A DNA stretch of 64,000 bases, from NCBI GenBank assembly GCA_051362555.1, contig CM120643.1, forward strand, positions 19,720,848-19,784,847, in the 5' to 3' direction. A program made the translations under genes and the position numbers. Each line of letters starts with the position of its first letter. Within the stretch, counting starts at the first letter, position 1. This stretch comes from Lingula anatina (lineage: Eukaryota; Animalia; Brachiopoda). Of the stretch, positions 1 to 35,944 are shown piece by piece. The notes beneath the pieces were generated by a model, which searched no databases, was not told where the DNA came from, and saw only the letters and a list, made by a program, of their open reading frames with translations.

Positions 1-120
1 TTAATTTTTATTGAATTCATTGAATCATCTTGTGACATAAATAAGACCCAAACCTAACAAACCTGAGCATTGGCTATTTGAAACACAAAAATTATTCTTT
101 GGATTTTTGGTAAGATTTTT

Positions 121-350
121 GTCACCTCCACCAAGGAGGTTATGTTTTGTTACCGTTTGTTTGTGGGTTTGTTAAGTATTGTGCAGATTTTGTTGACATT
201 TTAATAGTAGGTTACCAATGGCTCAAGGAACAAGTGATTAGATTTATTAACTAAGTCATTAATTAAGTAATATGGTACAGTTTTTGATGAAATTTTCAGC
301 TTAGTTGAACGGGAATAAAACTGTCTGAGGGTGGTGGTATCTGTGATATT
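121..350 (+). mobile_element. Degenerate Helentron-associated (HINE/DINE-like) repeat
   Basis: CACCTCC-ACCAA-GGAGGT short hairpin followed by TATGTTTT and a (GTTT)n tract, the usual 5' layout of such elements. Recognised from architecture only. Confidence 0.4.
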
Positions 351-2607
351 TGGCGACCAGTGTGTTAAAGTCGAGTATCGGTATGATCAAGACCAAGGTT
401 TTTAGTTACTGGTTAGCAGAAAAGTTTCCCTGAAATTAAGTTTTAACTCTAAGAAAGAAGCAAGTGTTCTCAGTCCTGTGTTGCAGTCTCCAAGATAGTG
501 ATATATTACAAAAAAGTATCCCGCATTGTGCATTGTCTTTAGTGAAAACAAATTGCCTGTAACATTTGGGGAGATGTGGACGTGCAAGTTTGTGTTTGGA
601 GTCAACTTTTTGTGGCTGTTTATACCTATTAGTGGGTTGCCAGGTGTCACCTTGTCTGGGACGGACACACTAACGTAGTCAACCCGTCCCAAATGCCAAT
701 TTTAGCTTTTCTAATTCACAGTATTTAATGTCAGGAGTGATAGTTGATATTATTATGTCATAGCGGGAGTCTGGTATTTAGCTCAAATGTCGGATTGTTT
801 CCGAGTTTGAAGTCAGTTTCATTGTCAAAACGTGAATGTTGTATTCTTTGAAAACAAGCACTGAAAATGTAGAACAAAAGAAAAATGCTTTGATGATTAT
901 CAATAGTATAATATTTATAAATATATACAGGAGTGTTTATTATGAAAGTCTATAAATAACTTAATTGATGTTGTGTGTCTATTTTGTAAAACCAGGAACA
1001 AGTGTTCAATTTAGAAGTTTTCGTGTTGAAAATTTATGTTATGCCTTAATTACACAGTTGTTAATGTTCACTAAATAATATAAAATATTAACACTGCATG
1101 GATATTGCACAGTGAGATAAAAATACATGTCACAGACAGGACCACAGGTGAACGTTTCTCTCCTTTTTCTAGAATCCCACCTTTTGCTTTGGAGAAGATA
1201 GTTAAGATCTTTTATTTAATTATCCACAAAAGCAGGGAGAATGACAGTTCAGGTTAAGGGGGGGGGGGGGGGGGGATGACGGTTTTGTTCCCACCCTCAT
1301 CTTTGTTCTTGTTCCCGTCTGTGGCCAGTACACATTGCATGCCCAGTGTCCATCAGCTGTCCACTCCCAGGTCACACTGGTCAGTCAACTGTATCTAGCC
1401 AGCTTAATTTGAGAGCAGAGAGGTGTAATTCAGCTTAGTTATCAGACACAATTTATGAGCCCTGCCCTCTTATCTCTGCTAGGTGGGTCCTGTATGCTCT
1501 TTAAGGGTTGACTTTAGGTGCAGGTGCTTTGGCCTCCTTATGATGCCTGTGCATGTTTGTGCATGTGCATGCATGCAGAGATGCTGACGGTTGTTACGTT
1601 GTCGTAAACTCACAATAACAAATAAAGGCTAGTGCTCATTACACGATATCTCACTTTGTTTGCTCAAATACATTTTTTTGCTTGCTCATTTATGATTTGA
1701 CTTCAAATTTTAAATTGGGCAAATAATTTAGCTATTTGACTACAACAGAAATTATTCTAGAGAGAAGGGCTATTGTTGACATTAAGACGATAGATACATA
1801 TACCAAAATTGCTCAAGTTGTTGAACATTTCACTTATTTTCTATTTTTATTTATTTGTTTATTTATTATTATTATTTTTTAATTTTTATTATTATTATTA
1901 TTATTGTTATTATTATTATTATTATTTTTGAGACACAGCATTTAACATTGTACGAAAGCACTGTCTGAAATGAAACATCTCTCTCAATTTGTTACCTGAA
2001 CATAATGTTGTGAAATCTTATTCACAGGCCTTGTTTATTTAAGTGGAGAATGTTTAGTCAATTAAAATACATTTGAAACTTAAAATAAAAATTTAAGAAA
2101 TAGTAAAAGTTAGAAGCTCCAAGTTTTGTATGTCTATTTCTCTAAATTTAGTCATATAAGGCAAAAAATTATGATGCAAAATTAATAATCAAGAAAAAAT
2201 ATTATTAATTGTTATTGACCATTATGGAAGGACATCAAATTGACATGGATTTTTAATTTTCAACTTTCAACATCTTGTTTTTTTTTTTTTTTTTTTTTTT
2301 CAAAAAATAAATAAACACAGTTTTTTTTTTCTCTCTGTGTAATAATAATTTTCCTTCAAAGATGTATGTTTTCAAATTCACAATTTATTCATTTGTTTTT
2401 AAGTAGAATTATCAGTTGCTTGTTAATATACTGGGCAGAAAAAGGAATTAATTTAATGTCACTCTTATTGTGCTAAACTTTTTCTTCTTGGGTGTCAAAA
2501 TTTTGTTGATGATTTCAGATTTTTGTTGCAACTTTTTTGTCAATTTTCATCTTAAATTTTGATAAGGTGAAGTAAAAAGGTTTAATAATATGTATTTATC
2601 ATTTCAG

Positions 2608-24985
<22,378 letters not shown>

Positions 24986-26776
24986 AGCCAATGGGACTGC
25001 TACTGCAGCAACTTCTGTAAAGTTATTATTGGACAACTAGACTTGAACTTGAGATGATGTTGTTGTTGATGATGACAATGATGATGTTGATGCATCACTG
25101 TTGATGAAGATGAAGAAGAAGAAGAGGATGGTGGTGGTGATAATGCCGTCACTGCCTCTGCCCAAATGGAAAAACTTGCCTGTGATGTGCACTGTGTTGT
25201 TGTGAGCAAGCTTGTCTGTCAGTCAACTGGACATCAAGGATTTGATTGGCTGGATTCAGTGAATAGGATGGAGCCATTAGAGGTCAAAGGTGAAGGTCAG
25301 GGGTTGCCATAATGTTGGAGGGAAACAAGAAGCGTAAGAAGACTGTGGAACAGCCTAGTGTACAAATAGTGTATATTCTTTTCATGGTACCAAGATTAAC
25401 TGCAGTTTGTACATATTTTGTGTCCATTTTGCCAATGTATAAAGGAAAATAATTACCACATTGCAGCAGCAGTAGTAGGTTCCTGCATTAATAAGTAACT
25501 ACAAGGGGCTGTAGAATCAAGCCAGTGACTGTGAGAACCAACATCACATAACGTAACAACGTAACATTTTGTTGACTTATTACATGTGCAGAAATGTGGA
25601 CGTGTGAGCAAGCACACGCACATGCATGCACCCACATATCCAAAAACAGTTGAATGTAGTAACTTGATAAACTGGGGTATGTGAAGCAAGCCAGCTGTTT
25701 GACTCCCGTATATATATATATTTATATATAAGTATATATGTGAGTATATTTATATCTATATATATATTTATATGTATGTATATATATAGATAGATATATA
25801 CACTTACAAGTAGTCTTATGTATTCATAAGCTTTTGTTAGCTTGTCTTTGGTTCTATCTCGTATATATATCTATATCTATTAGATCATATGCAGAAAGCT
25901 CTATGGTGATGTCACACAGGAGACATGCTTGGTTCATAATCTATAGCAGTGCTGTCTGTGCTCTTCTTGTACTAGTCGCCGTATCAACTAGATTACGACC
26001 AGGTTTCTAGGCTGAAGGGGGCAAAACAGTATTTATTGAAAGCTGCAGAAATAGACAAGATGTACGTGTACCTGCTCAGATTTGCTCTTGCAAGTTGGTT
26101 TATTTTTGACAGAAAAGGTTTTTAGCTGAAACATACCTATTGACTAAAAAAATTTATTTATGTGTTCATTTCTGCCACTGAACTAATTAATTTAGGTCTT
26201 GAGAAGATGTACTGAGTCGGGACTGTGACAGTGCACTCTGGAATTCTATATGGTATAATAACAGTGCTTGAGTTGACCAATACTAGCATTAACAGCCTTA
26301 AAGTTACATATTCTGTTGCATTTTCATTTCACTTAGCTGACATATGTTGTGTATCTGAAGCTTTGATCTTGTTATTGAATTCAAAGTGAAAGATTTACAC
26401 ATTTTTCAACTTTTAAAAAGGATCAGATAAGCATTCAACATTTTATTTTTCATCAAGTAACAGTTGTACTTTATGCCCAAAACCTAATCATTACTCACAT
26501 AGGGTTTCAGTGCCTTTGTTGAAGCACGTGACAGTTGATGTTACTGAAAGTTCATGTTTATTGTGTGAGAAATGGAAAAGATTGACCTTTTAAAAACTGC
26601 TTCAGCTTTTTCTGTGTTAACAAGCATATGATAGAAGAAAGATGTTGGATCTTGTACAGCATTAGTTGTACTGAAGTTAGAGTCAACAGTAAGCAAGGGA
26701 AAGAGTGCACCATTTAATATAATATTGTCATAGCTTTACATGTAATGGCAAAAGCAGCAGTCTCACCACTAAATGA

Positions 26777-27027
26777 ACATACAGATATCACCATCGTACT
26801 AGTGTGGTCTGTCCAACTCGAGGTAGAGGGGGGCGGGTCTGGCTATTTGCAGTCAGTTTAATTGTATGGCATGCCTCCTTGAGCAGCTACTTAAAAGTTA
26901 ATTACCCCTTAGCTGCTCGAAGAGGCTTGTTAGACAATTACGCTAATTCCACTGATTGCACTTAACGAGAATCCTTCACGGAGTTTGGACCAGCCCAAGT
27001 AGAACGATGATTCTATCTGAATGGGGT
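26777..27027 (+). mobile_element. Degenerate MITE related to family 1, downstream of the GNAS stop
   Basis: Shares AGTTAATTACCCCTT and the terminal GAATGGGGTC-TAA, with degenerate inverted ends. Confidence 0.5.
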
Positions 27028-30000
27028 CTAACACTTCACTAGACAATTATTGGGATAATGTTGTTTAGGTGACCATTGTATTGAATCACAAACTTCCTGG
27101 TTCTTCTCAATGAGCATCTGTTGATCAAGTCAAGCTGACCTTTGACATCTGGTCTCTTATTGACAGAGGGCTCTTCAATAATGAAACAAAGGGATAACTA
27201 TTTTCCTCGTTGATTGACTGGTCATTATCACAAGCAGTGAGATGTATCAAGGAAATTGTTTATGTTTTGTATCTTTCTTTTTTGAACATCTGGCAGCATT
27301 GATCTCTTTAAGAAGACCTGTGATGTGGAGGCTAGATGACTTGGATTGATTCAGATTGTTGCCGAGCTGAGCATATCTATCTTCTAATTCTGACTCTTAG
27401 TAAGTTTGGCTATAACATTTTGGTTGCAAGTAAATCTGGCTTAAACAGATTACATGTAACTACCTGGACAGTGGATGTGATTGTTTTCAGCACAAAATGG
27501 TTTAAATACTTGGAATTACCAGTAGGCAGAATACAAAATAAGGGCATTTTTCATGTGTCTATGTATTTCAGTTCATTTTTAACAAGCTACCCAAGATTGG
27601 TATTGTATGAAAAAAAAGATAATGGTAATATTGATCGTTTTATTTTATAGTACAGTTAACAGTTGTAGGTGCAGGAGTCACTGGGTATATGATGATGATT
27701 ATGAGGAGATTTTTCACTTGGATGAGGTATATAGTTCACTGAGAATTGAGAGCAGTACCAGTTGGCTGAGAAGTCTTAAATATTCAGTATAATAATGATA
27801 CAGATTTCAGAAGGTTGTATGGGTTTGAGTATTTTGGTAAAAGGATTATATTGATGAAAAAATTAGTTCCGTCTAACAGTGAAAGATACTTTTGTTATAT
27901 TACTATGGAAGTGTATTATTTTATGTCTTTTTCTGTTGCATTTCATGTTTTTGTTTGCACAACATTTGTGTCACAAACCTCAAGTGGTGGGTGCAAGTAT
28001 GCTCCACTGCCCCCTAGCATCAGGAAGCCCGTCTACTACTGCTGCCCCCTATAGACTGATTATGTCACTCATAAATGCTGTCCAAAGTAATGTCTAGATC
28101 ACAACAGGCTCTTATAGACCTCTTATTCTGTTTGAATGAAGTCAGCAGACCTAATCAAGAGAGAACCTACACAGTTCAGCAAAGATAATTTCTTTTTAGT
28201 TTCTGTATTCTGCCAAAAGTTGCTTCTATGGAGCATTGCCTTGTGGGTAACTGTATGGTTACAGTGAGAAATGTTGATGCCATGTAGGCCAAACTGATGT
28301 AGACCTGAGCATTTGATCTTATTTACTACAGGACAGATCTTTTACCTGCTGACCTTCACAACACATGGGAAAAGAACAAGTGTTAGCGTGGTCTGTGCCT
28401 TTTGGCATTTCCTGCTGGTTTTTATCTGTTGCCATCCCAGCCTGTTTTCCTTTTATATGAACCTAAACATTGTACAAGTATCTTGAGCAAAACAGTGCTT
28501 AGGAATCCGTTTCAACTCTAATATTGAAGTGAATATTTTTCTGCTTTTAGCTTGTATTTTTATGCTAGTCAGTTCTGATACTAGGCAAAATGGCATGGCT
28601 TTCTTTGGTAGGGCAGTGTCAGATTGTTAAAATAAATAATCAGGTCACATAAGACCGTGGTCACCAAAATCTTACACTCATCATGCTTAGAGCAAACTTG
28701 AAATTTGAAGTCTTGAGATCTCTTACTTTCTTGTACTACACTTTGCTCTTGAAATGACATGTAATGACCTAGGAACATCATTTGCAAGGTCATGTAAGTC
28801 GACTGACTAGTAATTAGTCTCGATTTAGGCCAGACCTCATCCTCGTCCAATCAGCTGTGCTTTTACATTTTTGTATAGATAGATATATATATTTTGTCAT
28901 GCATTTATAGTTCTGCATTTCTGCTTTACTACAGAATCAGCACATGTATTTGCTTAAAAGAATACTCCCAAGAAATGGAACCATTTTGTGTATGATGAAA
29001 AATAGATTCTCAAGTGGAGGGCCTTTGGTTTCATCTTTACTTACTGTCATTTTGGAAAAGATCTGGGGGAAACCTCTGAATACTACAGCTGATTCCATTC
29101 CCTGGTTTTTGCAATGAATATTTGCTTGTTGGTTCTTGTGTAGTGCTATGATATCTTGGCACAGTTCAAGGTGATTTGATGGGCTGCTTGAGAGGGCTAC
29201 AATTCCCTGTGTCTCTTAGTGTGGCAACTTCAATTTGATAACACAATGTCAGTTTCATAGAAAGAGGAGAACGAAACTTAGCATTTGTGTAGTGGCAAGA
29301 AAAGAGGGGGGGGGGGGGGATGGTCCCCTTTTTAACAATTATTTTCTTTTGCCGTGTTGGCAGGTTGGAATTTATTCAAAGATTTATTCTTAGTTATTTT
29401 CTGTATTTGAAGGAGGTCAGTACTGCTAATGTGTTCAGCTCTATCTCCAACTTTTACATAAGATGTTTGATTTTTGGGGGAAGTACTATTGAACAGCAAC
29501 AGCAGTATCCACCATTACTTACTGTGGAAAAAATACTTTCAGAATTGCTTTTATAAAACGTGGCCTGACTTTACTGTAATTAATATGGTGAGATGACCAG
29601 TTGAGCTCTACAGTGCATTTTATTTCACACACTGACATATTAGATTAAGTATTCTTATCAACTTCAGTGGAATGCTAATTGATGATTCTACATTGGAAGC
29701 ACATTTTATTACTTGTGTTTTGTACTATGGTCCTGGCAAGGTACATCAAATGTGATGTATATGTATAAGGTATATGTAAAGGCACAGCCATTCTAAATTA
29801 TTTTAATGAGTTTCCTGCATTGATTTGAATTTTCAAGGTAATAGGGATACGATGTTCACTGCAATTTGCCAAGTGTGCCCCAGTATGTGCAAACAAAGGA
29901 AAAATAAATAAATAAAATGACTGTAAAATCACCCAAAACTGTAATTTGGAAGACAAGCCCCGTACCCATCAAACAGGTGAATTGCAATCAACAAAGTTGA

Positions 30001-30895
30001 ACTTGACCTTGACAATTCAGCTCTAATATAAGTTCTAATATAATCGGAATAAGATTGCAATGGATGTGCCCAGTTTTGTCTCTGCTGCTTGGACTGGCGA
30101 TAGGGACAGCACATACTGGCTAGAAGAACTTTGACGTTCCATAGTTATTATTACTATTATTATAATGATCATACAAAAACACAAGGCAGAGCAACTGCAA
30201 GGTACCAATGTTCTGTATGTATCCATACAATGTCATGATATTCCAGCCACTTGCTCTGCTGGATCTGCTTCAAGTTGACTTTGTTCCACTATGTGCTGCA
30301 GTCAAATAATCAATATGTGTTGATGTTTCTAGTTAGCAGCTATACTACTAGCTATACCAGGCCCATGCTGGGAGGAGATTCTTCAGCCTTTGTTGTCTGT
30401 CTTTTTTAAAGTCTAATTATTATTAGTAGTAATATTATTACTATCTTATTATGAATTTCTTAATTAAAATAAAAGCCTTGGTCTATATAGCATTGTTGTG
30501 GTTTCTTGATTTTATTGGTTTAATTTTACATGATGCATAAATGCTATTTTAGGATAAACAAAATGTTTACGAGTAAGACTGACAAGCCGTGTTGGAACAT
30601 TCTGAACTTTTGGATTTTTTTATGATAATGTATATTTTATGATAATGTATAATTTCAAGTCTGACGCTATTCAGAACTTCATGTTTATGTTCCACAATCA
30701 TCTGCAGATGAAGAAGCTGCTGAGGAATTCTGAAATTTATCAATGCCTGTAATATGTTCCATTATAAATGTGTTTACCTGCAAATTTATTCCAAATTATA
30801 CACCGGCACCTGCAATCTGCAACATCCATGCAAGGCCTGCAGCCAGCAATTCAAAAGTTTTTTTCCAGAAAAAAATGTAGTGTTTTGTTCCCTTA

Positions 30896-31110
30896 GACCC
30901 CATTCCCACAGATTTTAAATCGATCTATCCCTGTGGGGAGTCTCACTAGATTACTGTTAGCTTAGCCGGTTTAAGCATCTGTCCCACCTACTAAAAGCTG
31001 TAAGGGGGTAATTAACTACCGTGCGCGCTCGGCTGACAGCAATTTAGCATAAACCCCCAGGGAGTTAGGTCGATATAGATGGATCGATCTAATTTTATGG
31101 GAATGCAGTC
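30896..31110 (-). mobile_element. MITE family 1 copy (reverse orientation)
   Basis: Reverse complement of the 15516-15730 element, with a TTA...TTA target-site duplication. Confidence 0.9.
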
Positions 31111-31338
31111 TTAGTTAACCCAACTTCAAAAATGGCATTGAACCTAGGTCTATTGTTGTTTCCGTGTAGTCCTTTTCTCTCCCAAAGGGCAGCTATTTGG
31201 AACCCCTGTCTAAGGTTCTGCACACTTGAGCTCATCCTTCATAATTTTCGACCAAGGTACAAACTGAATTGCTGCCCTGTTGAAATTCTCCTGTTTGAAA
31301 AATAAATCCAATTCATCCATTTATTCCACTTCCTTCCA

Positions 31339-34300
31339 TCAAGGTCTGCAACCTTCATGATAAGGTTTGAGATTTCTGAACTCCCGCCATGTTGGAGGTA
31401 AATTGTCCTGCAGGTAAGTCTCACATTTGGCACAGGGAATAGTGAACAGAGATGTGTAGCTGTTTAACCAAGTCTGGAAAATTGAGTACAACAATAAACT
31501 AATTATCTGAATTTATTTAAATTGATTAATTATAAGAAAATATTGTGAACTAACTGGACAATATCACTTATATGAAGAACTAGATCTACACCAAATATAA
31601 ATTAGTTCAAAACAAGATCAAACATTTGGACCATCTTTTATCCACTTAATAGAACAAATTCTCGCTACTTATCAGGATGATTTGTGACACATTCAGACAG
31701 GATTTTTCCATCCGATTTAAACTGAAAAATCAATATTTTCCTGGCATTTTTCTGTCTTAAGCAGCGCCAAGTTGTAGGTAACTGAGCCATTTCTTCTTAC
31801 TATTCCTAGCAAACCAAAAGCACTGTGTGATCTTTATGATGTATACTCACCAAGAATGATCTGAAAGCAATGTCTGGTCTATGTGGCATGTAGAAATGGA
31901 GTAAAGCAGCACACGCATGCTCTGTGATCTGAAAGAAAAGTAGTTTTACTGAATTACTAAGCACTAAATCAAGATACAGTAAACTGTGCACAACACAAAA
32001 ATTTTAGAACTGAAGATATGTTCGAGAATTGCGAAAAATTCAATCAGGTAATGTTTATAAGTTTTGGCTATTACAAAAACTATTCCACAAGATTTGCTCA
32101 AGTCAAACAAAACAATTTTAGTCATAAGTGTAACTCTTGAGATAATGAAATTCATTTCTGTACTTAACTCTCTTCCACACATCACACCATTTTACTAATT
32201 AGGGCCAACATTTTCTTTTGCTACGTCCATGCACTAACCTATATGAGCATTTCAAAATGGGAAAACTTACCTTTAAGTAAACTAAGTACTTTGACTTTGT
32301 CCATATATCCAACTATAAGATAAAAAGATTATATGTCATTAATATTTGTTTGTGATTGAACAAAAACATAAATACAAAATAAAAACCTTAATTAAGGAAT
32401 TTTCATAGGCTCAGTAATACCACTGGTAATAATTATGGTGTTTGTACTTTGAAGAGAGCTGCAGTTTTAATAATAACTTCTTTTCAAATGTAACTGTCAC
32501 AATTAAAAGTACATCAATTTTTTTTTTCAAATTACACAATCTCAGACTCTTAACTTACCTCTCCGTTATCTTTAAAACTTTGTTCGTCTAACCCTCTTAC
32601 ATTAACTGTCTCCAAAATAAGTCCCCGTAATACTATAATAATTTTCATAGCTCGCCCAACTGTAACCTAGAAACAGTTTTAGGTATTATTTCAACATGTG
32701 ATATTAACATCTTCTGAGGTATATTTACATGAAAATATTTTTAACATCTGTTTACATTAAAACAACCACAAAGGTAATTTGTCTTAAGTTCATATGCAGT
32801 GCTTATATCACTGATGAGACTTTTTTGACTTTGTAAGGGTCATTTGAGTCATTCTTGTGAATTGTGTACCCTGGACCCCCGGCCAATTTCCCAACTTTTG
32901 TCGGAATTCCTACTTTTTCAGGGTCATTTGAGTCATTCTTGTGAATTATGTACCCTGGACCCCTGGCCAGTTTTCCTACTTTTTCAGTGAGGACTGGTCT
33001 CATCCCTGTTACATGAAGCCAACCCTCAACAGAAAAACCTTCAATGAATTACATACCTTTTCATGAGACATGTTTTTGATCTGTGCCTCATTTAGTCCTT
33101 ATTTAGAATGCCTAATATTGTTCACTTTATTTATAGCATGATGGTACCTGTACTTTTATTATCACAATTAGAATATTTCAAAGTGTCAGTATTCCTGATA
33201 CCCATACCTCTAGTACCGCTGCTGTTCCTTGAGGCCTGTGGATCTTAATATCCAAATCTGGAAACATTCTTTTCTGAGTATCAATGACAGCATCAATTTG
33301 TCTGGAATTACAAATTTTCACAGGGAATACACTGACAGGAAATTTTTGATTGTAATCTTCCCTATCACCCTATCATATCACTTGACCATTTACAGTATCC
33401 TGTTATGAATTAGGAAAAAATGAAGTTATATATTTAAAAGAAATATATCAATCAACTAGATTAAAAAATAGAAGAAATGCATATATTTACAAAGCTGTGT
33501 CAAACCAATACTTAAGACTGAAAATTAGACTGTCATAATTTTGGGACATCCAAAAGCACTTTTTCCCCCTCAGCAAAATCCTTTTCCTTCATAATCCTCC
33601 TTGTCCCTTCAATATCTTCTAATTTAGGACTGGGAACAACTGCTCATCTTAATGAAAGGATGTTAAAAAGAAGAAAAACACTTTAGACTGTCTCAGAATC
33701 ATGACAGTGGGTTACCCACTTACTGTGGAGGCAGTTTGTGGAAGTTCTGTTGGGCAGTGCGCAGTCTTTTGGCTGCGGGGCCACCTGAAGGCAACGTGGA
33801 ACGTTTTAGGGAGTTTTGATTTAGGAGCACAAAGGCATGGTTTGCCACATCATGAACCTGAAATGTGAAAATAAAAAAAAAATAAATGAACAAACAAATA
33901 GATAGATAAATAAAAATATTCATATGAAGAAACTGTCTGATGTTACCTGGTTGTGAACCCCAAAATAATAAAACAAGTTTTTTTTTTTTGTGTGTGTGTG
34001 TGTGTGTGTTTGCGTTTGCATGTCATCACAGTGACTTACTTCACATTTTGAAATTGCCCAATTGAATTTCTTAGGATAATGGGTAGATGGAGTGGGTCAA
34101 CAGAGTGACAGACAACTCACATCACATGTACAATCTTGTAAGCCTCCAACATCTCACCTAATTGGACCACTTGTAAGCCTGTAACATCTCACCTTATTGG
34201 ACCACTTGTAACCTGTAACATCTCACCTTATTGGACCACTTGTAAGCCTGTAACATCTCACCTTATTGGACCACTTGTAAGCCTGTAACAACTGTGAGTG

Positions 34301-35274
34301 GAGGGGTGTCTTGTCCAGCACAGGGTCCAAACTGAGCAGTGCAGAGTTCCCTGACAGGAGAGGACCAGCTGGGGCTGTTATCACACTGCCTAGCTTCTCT
34401 ACCTCTCTGTGATGTACAGAAAATATTGATAAGTACAATTTAAATCATATATAAAACCCATTACTTGACAGAGTAGTGGAGCACTTTATGTCTTTTCACG
34501 ACCAGTACAATTTTCTGTTTCGCACCATTTTTTTTTTTTTTTGGGGGGGGGGGGGGGGACAGAGATATCTTCTAACAATCTTCCAAATTATCTTTGTTGA
34601 TCCATCCTCCATCTTGACTGTTTATGACAGAAAGAAATTAGATGCCCATCTAAGTAAACTTTAAAAATTCTAAGCCTCTTCTGGAAGACCCAGAAGACAG
34701 CTTCTGTTTGCCCCTGATTTTTTACTGGCCCTAATATGTAATTACTCCCTTTCACAAGTTTGCTACCAACTGTTTGGTCGTCTCTAAATCAATTTGGTTA
34801 ACTGGCTGTGCAGAGTATGGGCCCTGTTTACAAAACTCTATTATGTACTAGTAATGGTATTAATTTCTCAATCTATCAAAATCTATCTGTGAAAAGTGCC
34901 TTTTAATTAAAATTCTCGGAATATTACAATTTACATCACCCACATAATCCATTACTTAAAATCGTTTCAAAATAAACCGGGAAGAAAATTCAGATAAACA
35001 TCGTAGACAGAAGCGTACTACGTTTTTTTTGGTGAATAAATTAGCCATAAGAAATAAGAATCATTACATGATTAGGATGTATTTACCCAAGGTTTTGATT
35101 CACTGACAACAAGCCTTGCTGCAACTCATTAAGGAATGACCGTTCTTTGTTTTCATTGCTGATGTATTCCTTCATTCCATTTCTGAATCTTTCGAATACT
35201 TGGTTAACGCTGGATCGGAGAGTTCTTACTGCTAAAAGCGACCTTGCTAACAAATCTTGAATGTCTGTAGCCAT
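31339..35274 (-). CDS. MED27: Mediator of RNA polymerase II transcription subunit 27, complete spliced CDS (8 exons, 307 aa)
   Basis: Minus-strand exons: 35274-35087, 34406-34262 (..LLSLDPVLDKTPLHSQLLQAYKWSNK), 33857-33724, 33301-33208, 32666-32559, 32312-32271 (LDIWTKSKY), 31928-31851, 31473-31339 (TWLNSYTSLFTIPCAKCETYLQDNLPPTWREFRNLKPYHEGCRP*). They sum to 924 nt in one open frame and match MED27 motifs recalled from vertebrates, including the C-terminal CxxC...H..C. Confidence 0.96.
32820..32987. repeat. 84-bp tandem duplication in MED27 intron 4
   Basis: GGGTCATTTGAGTCATTCTTGTGAATT.TGTACCCTGGACCCC at 32837 and 32921. Confidence 0.85.
34148..34290. repeat. 35-bp tandem repeat spanning the MED27 exon 2 donor site (4 copies)
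   Basis: Units 34148-34182, 34183-34216 (34 bp), 34217-34251 and 34252-34286. Confidence 0.95.
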
Positions 35275-35944
35275 TGTGTAGTTTATGTTATCGGAGTCTA
35301 GTTGCACTGCTTTTCAGTATAGCTATTAGCCAAGAAAAGATTTGCCTGTGCTGACCACAAAAACATTAATCGTTTCATCACTGAAAATGTAAAGAAACAG
35401 ATTCAAGTTTGTATATAGTTACGAACTCTTCAAAACAATTTAACATAAACACGTCAATTCCATAATTTTTTACACTTAGTCTCATCTTGGGTAATATGAT
35501 ACGTTAAGCTTCCTACCCGAATCTCCTTCTTGTGAAATAAACGAAACATCTTTAAACATCTTTAAAAGAGTGAAATAAATAAAACAATTCTAAATTGACT
35601 TTAAACAATGTCCCTTTTGTTTACTGAAATAAATTTTGAAAATACTAATTAATTACTACCCCACATCGTTACTCCATTATGTGATAAGCGTGTCTTACCC
35701 TAATTTTGGGATATTTCACATCTATTTTTTTTCTCAAATGAAAAAATGGTTTGTGTATTGGTGTTGTAAATTGGAAAATTACAATTTGTGGCACCGCCTT
35801 TGATATGATGCTCAAAAATCGCTCCCACTTTGGATTTCATCTCCCCAAGGCTGAGCTCTTCTCCCCTTATGTAAATTTGATAACAAATAAATAAATAAAT
35901 TAATTAATTAATTAAAACTAAAAGAAAGAGAGAAAGACTAATTG

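Noticed and set aside
25281-25299. AGGTCA-A-AGGTGA-AGGTCA nuclear-receptor direct repeat
   Set aside because: A single short motif of a type common in invertebrate repeats, with no independent support.
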